NCBI GenBank assembly: GCA_965603825.1
Contig: CBFDEM010000011.1
Coordinates: 1 to 64,000 of the forward strand
Length of the DNA: 64,000 nt
From: Blepharisma stoltei ATCC 30299
Taxonomy: Eukaryota > Protista > Ciliophora
Direction: 5' to 3'
The notes under the pieces are model-generated. The model ran no database searches and had not been told where the DNA came from. It saw only the letters and a list, made by a program, of their open reading frames with translations. The position numbers were made by a program, and so were the translations under genes. Positions 1 to 11,833 of this stretch are shown in pieces. The stretch's first letter is position 1. Each line of letters begins with the position of its first letter.

Positions 1-663
1 CACCCTAACACCCTAACACCCTAACACCCTAACACCCTAACACCCTAACACCCTAACACCCTAACACCCTAACACCCTAACACCCTAACACCCTAACACC
101 CTAACACCCTAACACCCTAACACCCTAACACCCTAACACCCTAACACCCTAACACCCTAACACCCTAACACCCTAACACCCTAACACCCTAACACCCTAA
201 CACCCTAACACCCTAACACCCTAACACCCTAACACCCTAACACCCTAACACCCTAACACCCTAACACCCTAACACCCTAACACCCTAACACCCTAACACC
301 CTAACACCCTAACACCCTAACACCCTAACACCCTAACACCCTAACACCCTAACACCCTAACACCCTAACACCCTAACACCCTAACACCCTAACACCCTAA
401 CACCCTAACACCCTAACACCCTAACACCCTAACACCCTAACACCCTAACACCCTAACACCCTAACACCCTAACACCCTAACACCCTAACACCCTAACACC
501 CTAACACCCTAACACCCTAACACCCTAACACCCTAACACCCTAACACCCTAACACCCTAACACCCTAACACCCTAACACCCTAACACCCTAACACCCTAA
601 CACCCTAACACCCTAACACCCTAACACCCTAACACCCTAACACCCTAACACCCTAACACCCTA
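1..663 (+). repeat. Telomeric repeat array (CCCTAACA)n, about 83 units; chromosome end
   Basis: Perfect 8-mer tandem repeat from base 1, C-rich strand facing inward; this unit is the known heterotrich (Stentor/Blepharisma) telomere. Confidence 0.99.
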
Positions 664-3600
664 TTTTTTCATCAAATATTTTTAAATTAATTTTTGTAAT
701 AAAATCAATTTTTTCTCATAATTCTTCCTGAAGGTTTGCTAATTCTTTTAATTCAGATACATCACTTATGAGTCATAGATATGGTGTGGTTCTTTCGTAA
801 TTTACTCCAATAATATCTCTTAAATGATTGATAAAATCTCTTCTTTCATTCTTGTATTTTATACATATATTTATGCTGTGTTTCTCTGTTTCTTTCGTTT
901 TACATAAATTACACATATCATTTTGATTAATATTTTGATTTTTCTTTGAGTGTCTTAGGGCTGTTAGAGTTTGTGCAGGTCCTGCTGCGTATCTTCATGC
1001 TGCTTTAATTCTCGCTTCACTTACCAAGTTTTTATTTAGATTTCAAAATTGCAGTTGACATTTAGAGTTAAGGTTAATCTCTCTTAAGAATTTGTACGTT
1101 TTTAGTGTAATCTTTTTATCAATTTCTTTTTCATGTATTTTTTGCCAGTATCTTTTAACTTTTAATTTGACGTCTTTCTTTCAGTCTTTGTTAATTCAAT
1201 TTACTTCACTGTCAGAGTACCGATATGGTAAATTTAATTCATACTTGCTCAATAAATTTGCATATAAATCTTGAGTTGGTGTTATTCTGTCCTTTAAATT
1301 TTTAAGAAAATGTAATGAAATTTCAGAATATGAGTTCATTTCATATATCTTTTGTAGAAATATCAATGATTTTTGATCAATATATTGTTCGACTGTAGGA
1401 ATATTTAAATCAAGTAATATAGGCTCTATTGGTGTTTTGCTGTATACGTGGCAACATTCTCTAATAATTTTATTGAACATTCTTTGGATAAAAATAATTG
1501 CAGTTTTACTTCTTTTTCTTGAGCAAATTTCCAATCCATATGTGCATCTCGGAAGAAATATTGCTTTATAGCAGTTAATTAATGTTGTAGTTGGGATATT
1601 TAGCATTTTTCTAATTGCTGGTATAAATGAACTACATGTACTTATTGCTTTATTTTTTAAATAAGCATATTGTGATTGATCTAAACCTGTTGATTTTAAA
1701 TTTCCTTTAAAAACAATTCCTAAGTATTTATATTTATCAACTATTGGAATTTCAGTTCTTTTAAAATGTAGTTTGGGTAATTTTTGGAGGGTATTTTTTC
1801 TGTTTCTATTAATAATTGTCATCAATGCCGTTTTTTCAGGTCCTATATTTAAATCCATACCATTTTCTTCTGTTCATTTTTTAAGATTATTAAGAATTGA
1901 CTGTAGATCCTCACATTTTCCTGTAATAAAAGCTGTATCATCTGCATATTGAAAATTTATTTTTGAGTATAAATTCTCGTTTTTAATTAATTCTAGGCTA
2001 ATATCTTTTGTTACATTTTCAATATCATCGATATAGATATTAAATAATAATGGAGAAATCGCACTTCCTTGTCTAACCCCTTTAGTAATATCGATTTTAA
2101 ATGTTTCATTTCCGTTGATTATTAAGGTAGTCTTTTCTCCTTTAATCATCTGGGAGATTGATTTTCAACTATCATCTGTGACTCTCTTACTTTTTATCTT
2201 TTCCATGAGTTTAGTTCTATCCACAGAATCATATGCTTTCGAAAAATCTATAAAAAGTATATATGAATCACTCTTTTTCCCTTTATTATAATATTTTCGA
2301 TATTCTAAGGTATTTTTCAGTAAGAAACTTTGTGTTATGCATGATTTTCCTTTTCTAAACCCATGTTGTCTATCTGAGATCTTAACGTTGTTTTCAATTT
2401 TTCTTAGTTCAGCCTTGTCAAGAATCTTCATAAAACTGTTCATTAATGTTATAGGTCTGTGATTCTTCAATTCTTTATGATTTCCTTTACCTTTATATAT
2501 AAGAATAGTCTTAGCTTCATTTGCAACATCCGGTATACCATAAATTCTGCAAGTATTTAAAAAATGTGTTATTGCTTCTACCATTATATCTCCTCCTTTT
2601 TTTATTATTTCATTCGTTATATTATCTGGTCCAGGAGCTTTTCTGTTAGGCAAAGATTTAATAATATTCTCAATCTTTTTTGAGTTTCAAAGTTCATCTT
2701 CTAGACAACCTGCTTGTGGAATAAAAGATATCGTACTCCTAAATTGATCTTCAAATTCTTTTGTTCAAGATTGAATCTCAAATGCATTCATTGGTAAGAC
2801 CAGTTTGTTTTTATTCAATAATCTTTTTATTTTGTTTCAAGCTCCATAGGGATCATTTATGCATTGTTTTAATCTATTTTCACTTATTATTTCATATCTA
2901 TCTAGTCTTTTTAACTGATCAATGCATATTTTCTTTACTTTCCGTATTCTTTCAATAAATTCATTATTTTTCTGAGAATAGCAAAATTTGATTCATTCTT
3001 TGAGTTTGTTAATTCTTTTCCTTAAAATTTTCATTTCTGGAGTTTTAAAATGATCAGGCTGTAATTTAGTTTTTAGAATAATTGATTCTTCATCTAAGAT
3101 AGTCTTTATTTCGGTATAGATTTGAGAAGGGTTATTTGTTATGAAAATACCTTTTTCTTTGAATTTAAGGAAGAGTCTGCTTTTAAAGGCTTCATGTTCA
3201 TCTCCTTCTAGTTTATATCATGGAATAATTGTTTTTTGAGTTCCTAATGATATAATTATCGAAATGCGTGATAGGAGTAAAATATGGTTAGTATTTAATT
3301 GAGGGACTTCTATATAAATAATTTCTGATGTTGAGTTTGAGAGAATGTAATCAATAATTGTGTGTGTATTATGACCTCTAAAAGTTGATATTTGCATATC
3401 ATTGAGAATGTATAGATGAGAATCTTTTATAAATTTAGAAAATATCTCTCCTGTTAGATCATCGATTTCAGATAAATATCCTTTTAGATGTGCATTAAAA
3501 TCACCCAATAGTACTATTTGACGTCTATCCTTTTGATTCTTTTGAATAATTTCTTGAACTTCTATGATAAAGTTAATATAGTCATCAATTGATTTCTTAC

Positions 3601-3937
3601 TTTGGTGATTTGCTACTACTGGGGCATAAGCTACTATTATTAAGTAATCTTCAATTAATGTTGCTGTTATTCTATGATTGTTAGTTTCAATTGATGTTAT
3701 TAGATTTGCAAATGTTTCATGTATTAGTAACCCAGTTCCGCCTGATCCTCTGTTGCCAGCAATTGGCCCATTATTTCCAATTCAGATAAATCCTTGAATA
3801 TATAAGGAAGTTTTCAGTCATGTTTCAGCAATTCCAAGAATAGAAATATCATTAGTAATCATTAAATTTCTTAATTCTCTTCTAAACAATTCGTCTTTCC
3901 CTATTCCAGATATATTTAAATAATGCAAAATTTTTCA
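653..3937 (-). CDS. Retrotransposon pol: APE endonuclease + reverse transcriptase + C-terminal CCHC zinc knuckle (about 1,094 codons open; first in-frame ATG at 3862)
   Basis: ORF pieces 3218-3508, 2165-2653, 1874-2149 and 1196-1858 share one frame and are separated only by TGA. Motifs: YLNISG, IAETW, YAP, GDFNAH, IDYI; KAPGPD, RPITL, QHGFR, DFSKAYD, GVRQG..SPLLF, YADD, YLG; C-x2-C-x7-H-x4-C (CNLCKTKETEKHSINIC). Stop TAG at 655-653. Confidence 0.93.
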
Positions 3938-3990
3938 CTATACTTACTATTGGAGGGAGAATTTGAATGCTTGTTACTTAATGGAGAACT
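653..3990 (-). mobile_element. Non-LTR (LINE-like) retrotransposon abutting the telomere; 5' boundary approximate
   Basis: Single APE-RT-CCHC reading frame; 3' end joins the telomere via GATG-AAAAAA-TAGGGTGT; no TSD or telomeric repeat seen at the 5' side. Confidence 0.9.
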
Positions 3991-4068
3991 AAGAAGAACA
4001 GAACATCCTACTGGCATGGATCTTTGAACATCTGTATATTCTCTTGTAATTCTATCCAACCTTGACAT
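3916..4068 (-). CDS. 50-aa upstream ORF overlapping the pol start; N-terminus resembles an E2 ubiquitin-conjugating enzyme
   Basis: MSRLDRITREYTDVQRSMPVGCSVLL...EKFCII*; ATG preceded by AAAA; overlaps the pol frame by 22 nt. Confidence 0.35.
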   Translation of the reverse strand: MSRLDRITREYTDVQRSMPVGCSVLLSSPLSNKHSNSPSNSKYSEKFCII

Positions 4069-5069
4069 TTTTAAAATATAAACCTTCTACATTTTTTCCA
4101 TAAATTCATAAATAGAAGCTAAATCGAGTGTTTATACAAATGTTTGCCAGTTAATTATATTTTAAGTATAGATTATCTTAGAAGATTATCAAAATTAGTC
4201 ATTTACACTTATTTTAATAAAAATTGATATTAAATACATTAAAATGCTATTATTATTAATTAGGCAAGTCATGCTTAGGAGTAGTCATTTAAATAATAAA
4301 ATGATTTTTTCCCCAAATTTTTGATTAAAATATTTTACAATTTCAATATTTTTTATCCATTTCTATTTTAACTTTTAATGTATAAGAAGGAAACTAAGAT
4401 GGTTGCTCCAGCCTTATAAAGCACTTATTGTTCAATAATAGGCCTTGTTATTCGTTTAAATTTGCAGGGAATTGAAAAAGAATAGTGTGGGCCTTTGGAA
4501 TATTATTTTCAGAAGCAGGAATTATGCTATATATTGGCAAAGCACACAGATGATTTCTTTTTAAAAAATCATCGAACTTTATCTTCTGCCCCTAAAAAAA
4601 ATTGTCTCACGAATATTTGGAAAAGGGAGGGCTCCAATATATCAATTTACTTTTTCTATCTACTTATTTATTTTTCTTCAAAAATTTACAATATTTATTG
4701 GCCGCATCACTAAGATCATTTGTCTAAAGCAATACATTTCATTGAGCTTCACCCAATCTTAAATCAGAAATGCAATTTAATAAAATAACGTCAGATATAT
4801 AATGAGTGAATTTTAAGATAGCAAAATAAACAATATCTTGCTAGAATTTTAAAATGGTTTTAATAAAAATAGCTCCTGTGCATTTGATATGCTTACACAT
4901 CGTTATGGCAGTGAATTCAGGGTTCTAATTAAATTGAGACAAATTAAGAAATTTTTTATGACTTTAAGATTTTAAATTATAAATCTGATAGAGTTTTTAT
5001 GCTGATTTAATAAAAGCAAACTTTGTTATCCAATTTTCTTCTAAGCAAATTTATTGATATGCTTTAATA

Positions 5070-5949
5070 ATGAAAAAGCTCTTATTATATTTAGGCGCAG
5101 GAACTCTTGTAGCATTTTCATATGACCCAATTTACTATGCTTATGGACCTATAAAGAGCCTATAGATCTCAAAAAGAATTATGGAAGTTGCAGCTATGCT
5201 CTAATTACAGGTGCAAGTGATGGAATCGGAAAAGCCTTTAGTTGAGCAATTGCAGCACAAGGACTTAACGTAATCCTTGTAGGGAGAAATTCAGAAAAGC
5301 TCAAAACAGTCCAAGCAGAAATCGAGCAAGAATTTAACGTAAAAGTGGTGACCATGACTGCAGATTTAGAAGAAATTCATGAAAATCTTCAAAAATATAG
5401 AGAAATCCAAAGTCAGCTTCAACAATATGACATCTCAATTTTGGTAAATAACGTTGGGCAGCTTGTCAGAAAATCTATCGGAGCTATGAATCCTGAAGAA
5501 ATCAACAGATTAAACGAGTAAACTGTTATCCAATGGCCCATTTCACGAACATTCTTCTAAACCAGTTCGCTCATAGAGGAACTAGGAGTGCAGTTATAAA
5601 TGTTTCCAGTAAGTATCCTTTGTGTGGGGCAACTGTTTATAGTGCTACGAAATGTTATAATTATGGATTTTCAATGGCTATGGCGCATGAGTATAAAGAT
5701 ATTGCAGATGTATTAACATTGTGTCCTGGGAGGGTCAAGACTAATATGAATATTAATGAGAAAATTGGCTTTTTTTGCCCTCTTCCTGATAAAGTAGCTG
5801 AAGGCGCACTTAGGGATTTAGGCACAAGAAAATTATCATATGGGGCTCCAGGTCATGAGCTAATTGGATGAGGTCTTGGGTTTTTGCCAGAGAACTTAAG
5901 AATAGACCTTTCAGGGTTTTTGATTAAAAAAGGTGTTTTTCATCAATAA
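5070..5949 (+). pseudogene. Short-chain dehydrogenase/reductase (17-beta-HSD / very-long-chain 3-ketoacyl-CoA reductase type) with two frameshifts
   Basis: TGASDGIG, LVNNVG, NVSS and YSATK motifs; frame breaks near 5145 and 5518, each consistent with one missing base (may be assembly errors). Confidence 0.75.
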
Positions 5950-6007
5950 TAAATTTCCAAAAAAATTATCTAAAAATGAATTATTATGACTTTTCAAAAA
6001 TAAATTA

Positions 6008-6990
6008 TTAACAATTAGGCTTGATTCTCTTCATTCCTCAATCATCTATAGCTGGCTTCCTCTTTAATTCAACTGATTCGAAATCGACAGCTTCTAGGTC
6101 TATTTCAAACTCATATCGCTGCTCAATCCCATTTATTTTTTTGAAATGCTTGATTTCTTGACTAATTTCAGCTGGGTAGTTTCCACAGTTTTCTGGCAGA
6201 TCTCTACATAGCCGGTCTAAGCTTTGCTATAATTTCATCTGGTCTGACTCCTTGCTGCTTGGAAAGTCTCTTCAAAGTCATAGTAAGCCAGCTTTTACTT
6301 TCCTCAAATGCTTCTTTTTGCTGGCATTTCCTTATTTTCTGCTTTCTTCTTCATTATTTCCTGGCATTGTAATTTCTTCAGTTTTATTTTCAATTTTTAC
6401 ATCATTTTTCATATTTAGCTAGTTTAAACCTTTGATTTCTACAGAAAGTGCTATTTTAATTTGATTTCTCCTTAATTTAAGCACATTAGGTCCGATTTCA
6501 ATATAAGCAAAAGTCCCAGTATATGCAGATGAGACCCTTTTTCTTGGAGATCGCCCTGTAAAAGCATTTTTTTAAAATTTTAGGATTTTGTTTCTGCAGC
6601 AGCCCAAAATGTTCCATCAAGCTATGATTATTCGTTTTTTCTTTTTTTCCCTAGCAGAAAATTTGTAAGCTGTATAAGTGTGTTTATCCCATTTCTCAGT
6701 CTTTCTAGTACTTCAATAATTTTCTTTGCTTCTTCTGTGAAGTCTTTTTCTTCATACCATTATTGGCTTTTATATTTGATGAATAAGTGCTTGGGATTTT
6801 AACTATATTTGCCAAATATTCTTTGTCTAAAAATTCTTTGGAGTAGATATTGAGATTTTCTTTATCATCATACTGAGTTTCGTTTTCTAGAACGCTGATT
6901 TGACTGTTGATTTTGAAGTATGAGCATTCATTTATAAGCTGAGTCTTTCTACAGCGCTAGGATCGGCCTTAAAAATACAAAGCAATAATC
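6008..6990 (-). pseudogene. Decayed coding-like segment, unknown product
   Basis: Protein-like Lys/Glu-rich stretches (EKDFTEEAKKIIEVLERL; EFEIDLEAVDFESVEL) broken by several TAA/TAG and frame changes. Confidence 0.3.
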
Positions 6991-7086
6991 AAAGCCAAAA
7001 CAGCTTTTTTATATTGCAATGCCATATCATTAATTTTAAATTAGAGAGCCTAATAGTGATTTAATAATTATTAGCAATATATTTTA

Positions 7087-8409
7087 ATGCGATCCAGCTA
7101 TTGGCTGCTATTTATTGGGCTTTCTATTCATTTCTTAAGCAATTTCTCAAGAGGCTATTCAGTTTATGACGAAACAATACCAACTTTAAGAGACTGTCCT
7201 GCTTTAGATGCAAACAAACATATTGAGATTATGAGGGCTAGTATTTACTATAAAAGTAGGCAAAAAACAGATATATTCATGAAATTGGTTTTTGATTCTA
7301 ATTATATTTATACACTCCTTACACCCTATATAATCCCTGAAGAAATAAAAAAACTCAAGAACAGCCCAGACGAGATCCGAGTATTTTACCCTTCTGCTAT
7401 ATGACTTGAAGAAAGAAATGTTTTTCTTGCCGTTGTTCAAGTAAATCTTTGAGACACTTATAGTTTCCTCTACTCTACTTTTTTTGATTCAGAATGAAAT
7501 GAAATTCGCGACGAAGATTACATTGGCAATACCAAGGTTCCTGGAATCATGGAAATCGAAAAAATATGGTTGCTGTATTTGTCAGGGCCCGAAGATCCCA
7601 GGATCTTCCGAGGTCCTAAAGGAGAGCTGTATTTTATCTTTAATAAGCTGACAAAAGATTTTAAAAGGACAATAAATATTTATAGCTATTCTACTGGGAC
7701 TTCAAGGCAGCTCGTCTTAGAGGAACATCTATGCAGCCAACATATCCTGGAGAAAGATTGGACCCCTTTAATTGTAGATGATGAGCATATGTATTTCATC
7801 TATAACTATAAAAATTTGCAAATTATTGACTGCACTGAGGAAAACGAAACATGCAAAAAGGTTAAGGGGATATATGATCCTGTTCTCAACTCTATAAGGG
7901 GAGGTTCTCCATACGCAAGGTATGCTGACACAAACTATTTTATCTCCTTTATATACACTAATGTAAGTCAAGACGCTCCTGAAATCAAAATGAAGCCTTA
8001 CAGGCCAGCGTTATCCATAATAGAGTACATTGAAGGAGTCAGGCCAGACTTCAAGCTAATTTATGCAAGTGAGCCCATTGATTTTGGAAATAGAGTGTTT
8101 TTGTCTCCAGTGTCACAATATAAATCTATAAAGCAAACTTTTGATAGCGCTATGTCAAGGATTCTGATGGTTCACTCTATATCAAGATGAAATTACAAAG
8201 AAGATATTGTGGATTTAACTCTCACAGTTAATGAGTCTTTTGCTATCGCTATTAGGGTAAAAGGCATAACTGACCTTGTTCAATTCATAATCAATATGTA
8301 TGAATATGGGAGAATTGAAGAAAAAGAAGACTGTGCGATACTCCTGGCCTTCAATTATCACAGGCAATTATGGCCAAGGCATCTTTTCAACACTATTAAA
8401 TTCAGCTAA
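7087..8409 (+). CDS. Secreted or type II membrane beta-mannosyltransferase (GT91/Bmt)-like or GH130-fold protein, 440 aa
   Basis: Three ORF pieces in one frame joined through TGA; N-terminal hydrophobic segment; GPEDPRIF, EKDWTP and RGGSP motifs. Confidence 0.6.
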
Positions 8410-8684
8410 ATTGGGCAAATGAGGGGGGGATCCTTATATTGCCTTAATCTAAAAATAAATTTTTTATTTAAGATAAAAAGTAGAGATTTTTTAGAATAAA
8501 ATTATTGACTCCCTTTAAATACGAAAAAAAATTTGTTCCAAATAAACGAAAGTGGATTAAAGTTTATTATATTTCTTTTAAAGATATTTGCTTTGAAAAC
8601 TTATATTATGACCCTTGCTATAAATTAATAGAAAAAGCATTAATGTTTTTAAGAAAAGGTTAATTACCCTTAAAGAGACTAGGC

Positions 8685-10086
8685 TTAGACTTGAGTAAAA
8701 TCGAAGTTAATCGTAATTGGGAGATCGCTTTCTTGAACATTAGGAGCATTAACTATGCATTGTTTCAAGCCTGCTGTGCAGCCAGTGATAGTCCATGTAC
8801 TTGCATCGATACTTGAACCTGAGTTTGATGTAGCTGTAAATGAACTTTTCGACAGCCCAGTTTTAAGTGCGTGAGCAAAGTCAATCACGATATTCTGCCC
8901 ATCGAAGCTGACCTCGAATCCAATAGAATCGGCTCTGCAAGTAGTTCCTATTTGAGTTATTGCTTCAGCACAAGCATAGCAGTTGGGACCTGGGTGGCAA
9001 GATGTGCAGGAGTCGATACAAGCTAAGTAAAATCTTACAAAGACAAGATGTTGAAGTGGCGCTATCGTCATTAAGGAAGTATCCAGTCGCACAAAAATCG
9101 CATTTAGTGCTTTTTGTTGAGCATTCAGCACATTTGTTGGCTGTGGCGCAACCTAAGTAGAAATTACAGCGATAATTTTTAAGTTCATATGCAGCGCCAT
9201 CACAATTTTGGCACCAACCTCCAGAATTTCTAGCTGAATCAGGATCACAAGCAGTGCATCCAGTAGCATCACAATTGGTGCAATAATCCTTTGATGATAC
9301 GCATCATTGGCTTCCCATATTATCGTTCTGGCATACACTATCAATGCAAGTTTCAGGAGTGCAAGGCAAAGCTAAATCAGATGTAGTTGAGCCATCATTT
9401 AATGTTATTGTATCAAAGGAAGAATTTATGGTAGCACTTTTTGTAGCTACAACCTGATGAAACTTTCCCTTGATTCCTTTTCCGAATAAAAAGTTCCCAC
9501 CAGGCATAGAATAATTAACTCTTGTGTTGGAGATTTTTTCTATGCCAGGCAACATAACCTCTAAAGTAATGCCTAAGCCATCCATAAAGTGAAACACAAT
9601 AAAGAAATATTTGTCTGTATAGGAATTACTTAAAGGGACAGTGAAGGAAAAGTCATCAGCTGAATTAGTGGTTGTCGCGTCTGAAAAATAGGAAACTTTT
9701 AAGGAACCATTCACAGTTGATGAGACCTTATAATGTGGTCCACTGTCAATTCCGAATTGAAAAACTTTGTCGCTAATAGTTGATTCGAAGTTTACCCAAA
9801 ATCCAAATGCGTATTCTATAGTTGCGATTATGCTGGTTACGTCTGCTGTTAAACTAAAGCCTGCATTATTCAGGCTTATTGAGTTGCAGCTAAGAAATGG
9901 GTTTATTTGAGTGCTATCATCTGAATTTATAGCAGGCTCACCTGAATTTTCTCAATTGTTAATGCTTTGGGTTATAGTATCTTCTGTTAATTTGACAAAA
10001 CGCCAATCACCTAATAGTAAAAATCCTTTGGCAAATGATAAGAGGACGAGGACGACGAGAATATTTAGTGGCTTTGAATAAACCAT
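8685..10086 (-). CDS. Secreted cysteine-rich protein (signal peptide, beta-rich domain, CxxC furin-like repeats); two tiny introns
   Basis: MVYSKPLNILVVLVLLSFAKG signal; frame open through TGA; removing 16-nt intron 9023-9038 restores the CxxC repeat frame. Confidence 0.75.
9023..9038 (-). other. 16-nt spliceosomal intron GTAAGATTTTACTTAG
   Basis: Removal is required to join two frames (CL-S-CIDSC). Confidence 0.85.
9153..9167 (-). other. Probable 15-nt intron GTAATTTCTACTTAG
   Basis: Matches the local consensus; in-frame and stop-free, so not forced. Confidence 0.6.
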
Positions 10087-11833
10087 TTTATTTATAAACC
10101 ATTTTATTTTACTTTTATAAATGTTTATTAAGGAAATTTTAATAGTAAACTTTTTCAAGAAATTCTTTGATCGTTTTTCAAATTTATAAATTGATGACTA
10201 GAATAGAAATGCAGGTTCAGCCTTGCTTTAAAATCCCAATTAAAATATCGGTAATATTGCCTATCTTTGAAACTGCCAAGTTGGCCTATATTTAAAACTA
10301 ATTTTGTGCTTAAATATAGAGGTAAAGGATTTTGGATATTCAAAATCACTGGTGCCTTTTGAACGAATATAACCCTTAATTACAGTCCACGTCAGCCATA
10401 ATTTTACCTAATAAAGAAATAGTTTTTTATGCAAATATTTAATCCTAAGTGATAGTTATAAATTTTAAGCTAATATGCTTTTGATAAGGATAACTTTCTA
10501 TAAGAAAGAAGCTATGAAGACAGGTTTATTTTGTTCACCAGTTATAAATTCTTAGTTTTATAATAACTCAGCCTAATGGCAAAAAAATCAGCTTCTGTCT
10601 ATCCTAATTAAAGAGAAAACTTATTAGATTTAAGAACATCTAATTCTACTAGCTATAGGACATATAAGCTTGCCGCTTTTTAGATTAAAAGATGTTTTAA
10701 TCTTCAGCTTTGAATAGAAGAAATAACCCTAAATTTAATAGTCAAAAGAAATTGGCTTTAAATTCATCTAAAATTAAAAATTTTTATCAACACTTTTCAA
10801 AGCCTTAATCTGACTAAATTGCTGAATTTTTATTACGAGTTCTACCATTATAAAATTAGAATAAGTATATGCAAAATGGTGCAAGAAACGCTTTAATAGT
10901 TAAATGAGGATAAATGATTCGCCAAAAATAAATTCAACTCATAAATTTCGTTTTATGAACCAAACTCAAGTAGAAATCTGCGAGTGAAAGTTAACTTCAA
11001 GATAAGCACTTAGAATATCATATCAAACTCACTTCTAGAATATAATAAAATAACAAAGAAAAGAATTGCCCTAAGAAAGCTGAATTAGCACTTAATTATG
11101 GGCAGATATTTGGGAATGAAGTTGAAGAACTAAAGTCTATAAGCTTGAACTCATCAAAACTAAAGAAAATTAAATGTGATAGGCCTAGGAAAGTTTAATA
11201 ATCTTTCTAATGAACTTATTAAGGCTGGAGTCTTCTTATAATAAATCGCTTCCACCATTTTATCTATGATTAAATATTGAGATAATAAGTTTTTCTAAAA
11301 TACCTTACTAACTCCCCCCTATATATCTTGATCTCTTAATTATTTTCAACAGTGGCTTCGTCTATTGCCCATGCCAATCAAATTTCTTGTTCAAAGAAAT
11401 TGGCGGGTTAATTCAAAGCCTAAAAGGCTCGGTTTTTATTTCTTTGTGAGGAATTTCTTTTTCTTCGTCAGTAACTGTGATTTTTCCTTTGTCATTGCTT
11501 CAGTTTGCTATGTTTAAAATAAGCATGGCTGGTAAGTCTGAGTTTTTGATGCTTTGGGAGATATAGGAGCTGGAATTTTCGTTTTTATGGACCGAACCAT
11601 GCTGAGGAAGTCTTTTTCACACTTTCAAATTTAGAACTGGTATATGGATTAAAAGGTATAAATTTTCGTACTGAAAGGAATTTTTATTCCAATTTTAAAC
11701 TATTAAAAATAGCAATTTACCTATATTTTGGAAATAAGGTAGCTTAAATTTGAATTTTTATTAAATAATTTTTGTTTAAAATCTCTTTACTCTAGTTAAT
11801 AGTTTACATAATGTATTTTTTATCAGTTTAGTC

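Noticed and set aside
1-663. CRISPR-like or satellite array
   Set aside because: No spacers; perfect 8-mer at the contig end matching the heterotrich telomere.
950-970. Telomere-like words inside the element (CTCTAACAGCCCTAAGACAC in the element sense) as a possible template-like priming sequence
   Set aside because: Imperfect, short and within coding sequence (TLTALRH); compatible with chance.
3938-3947. GTAAGTATAG as an intron supplying the pol start
   Set aside because: Only 10 nt, and its removal creates an ATG in the wrong frame.
11380-11690. About 100-codon open frame on the minus strand
   Set aside because: No suitable upstream ATG or recognisable motif.
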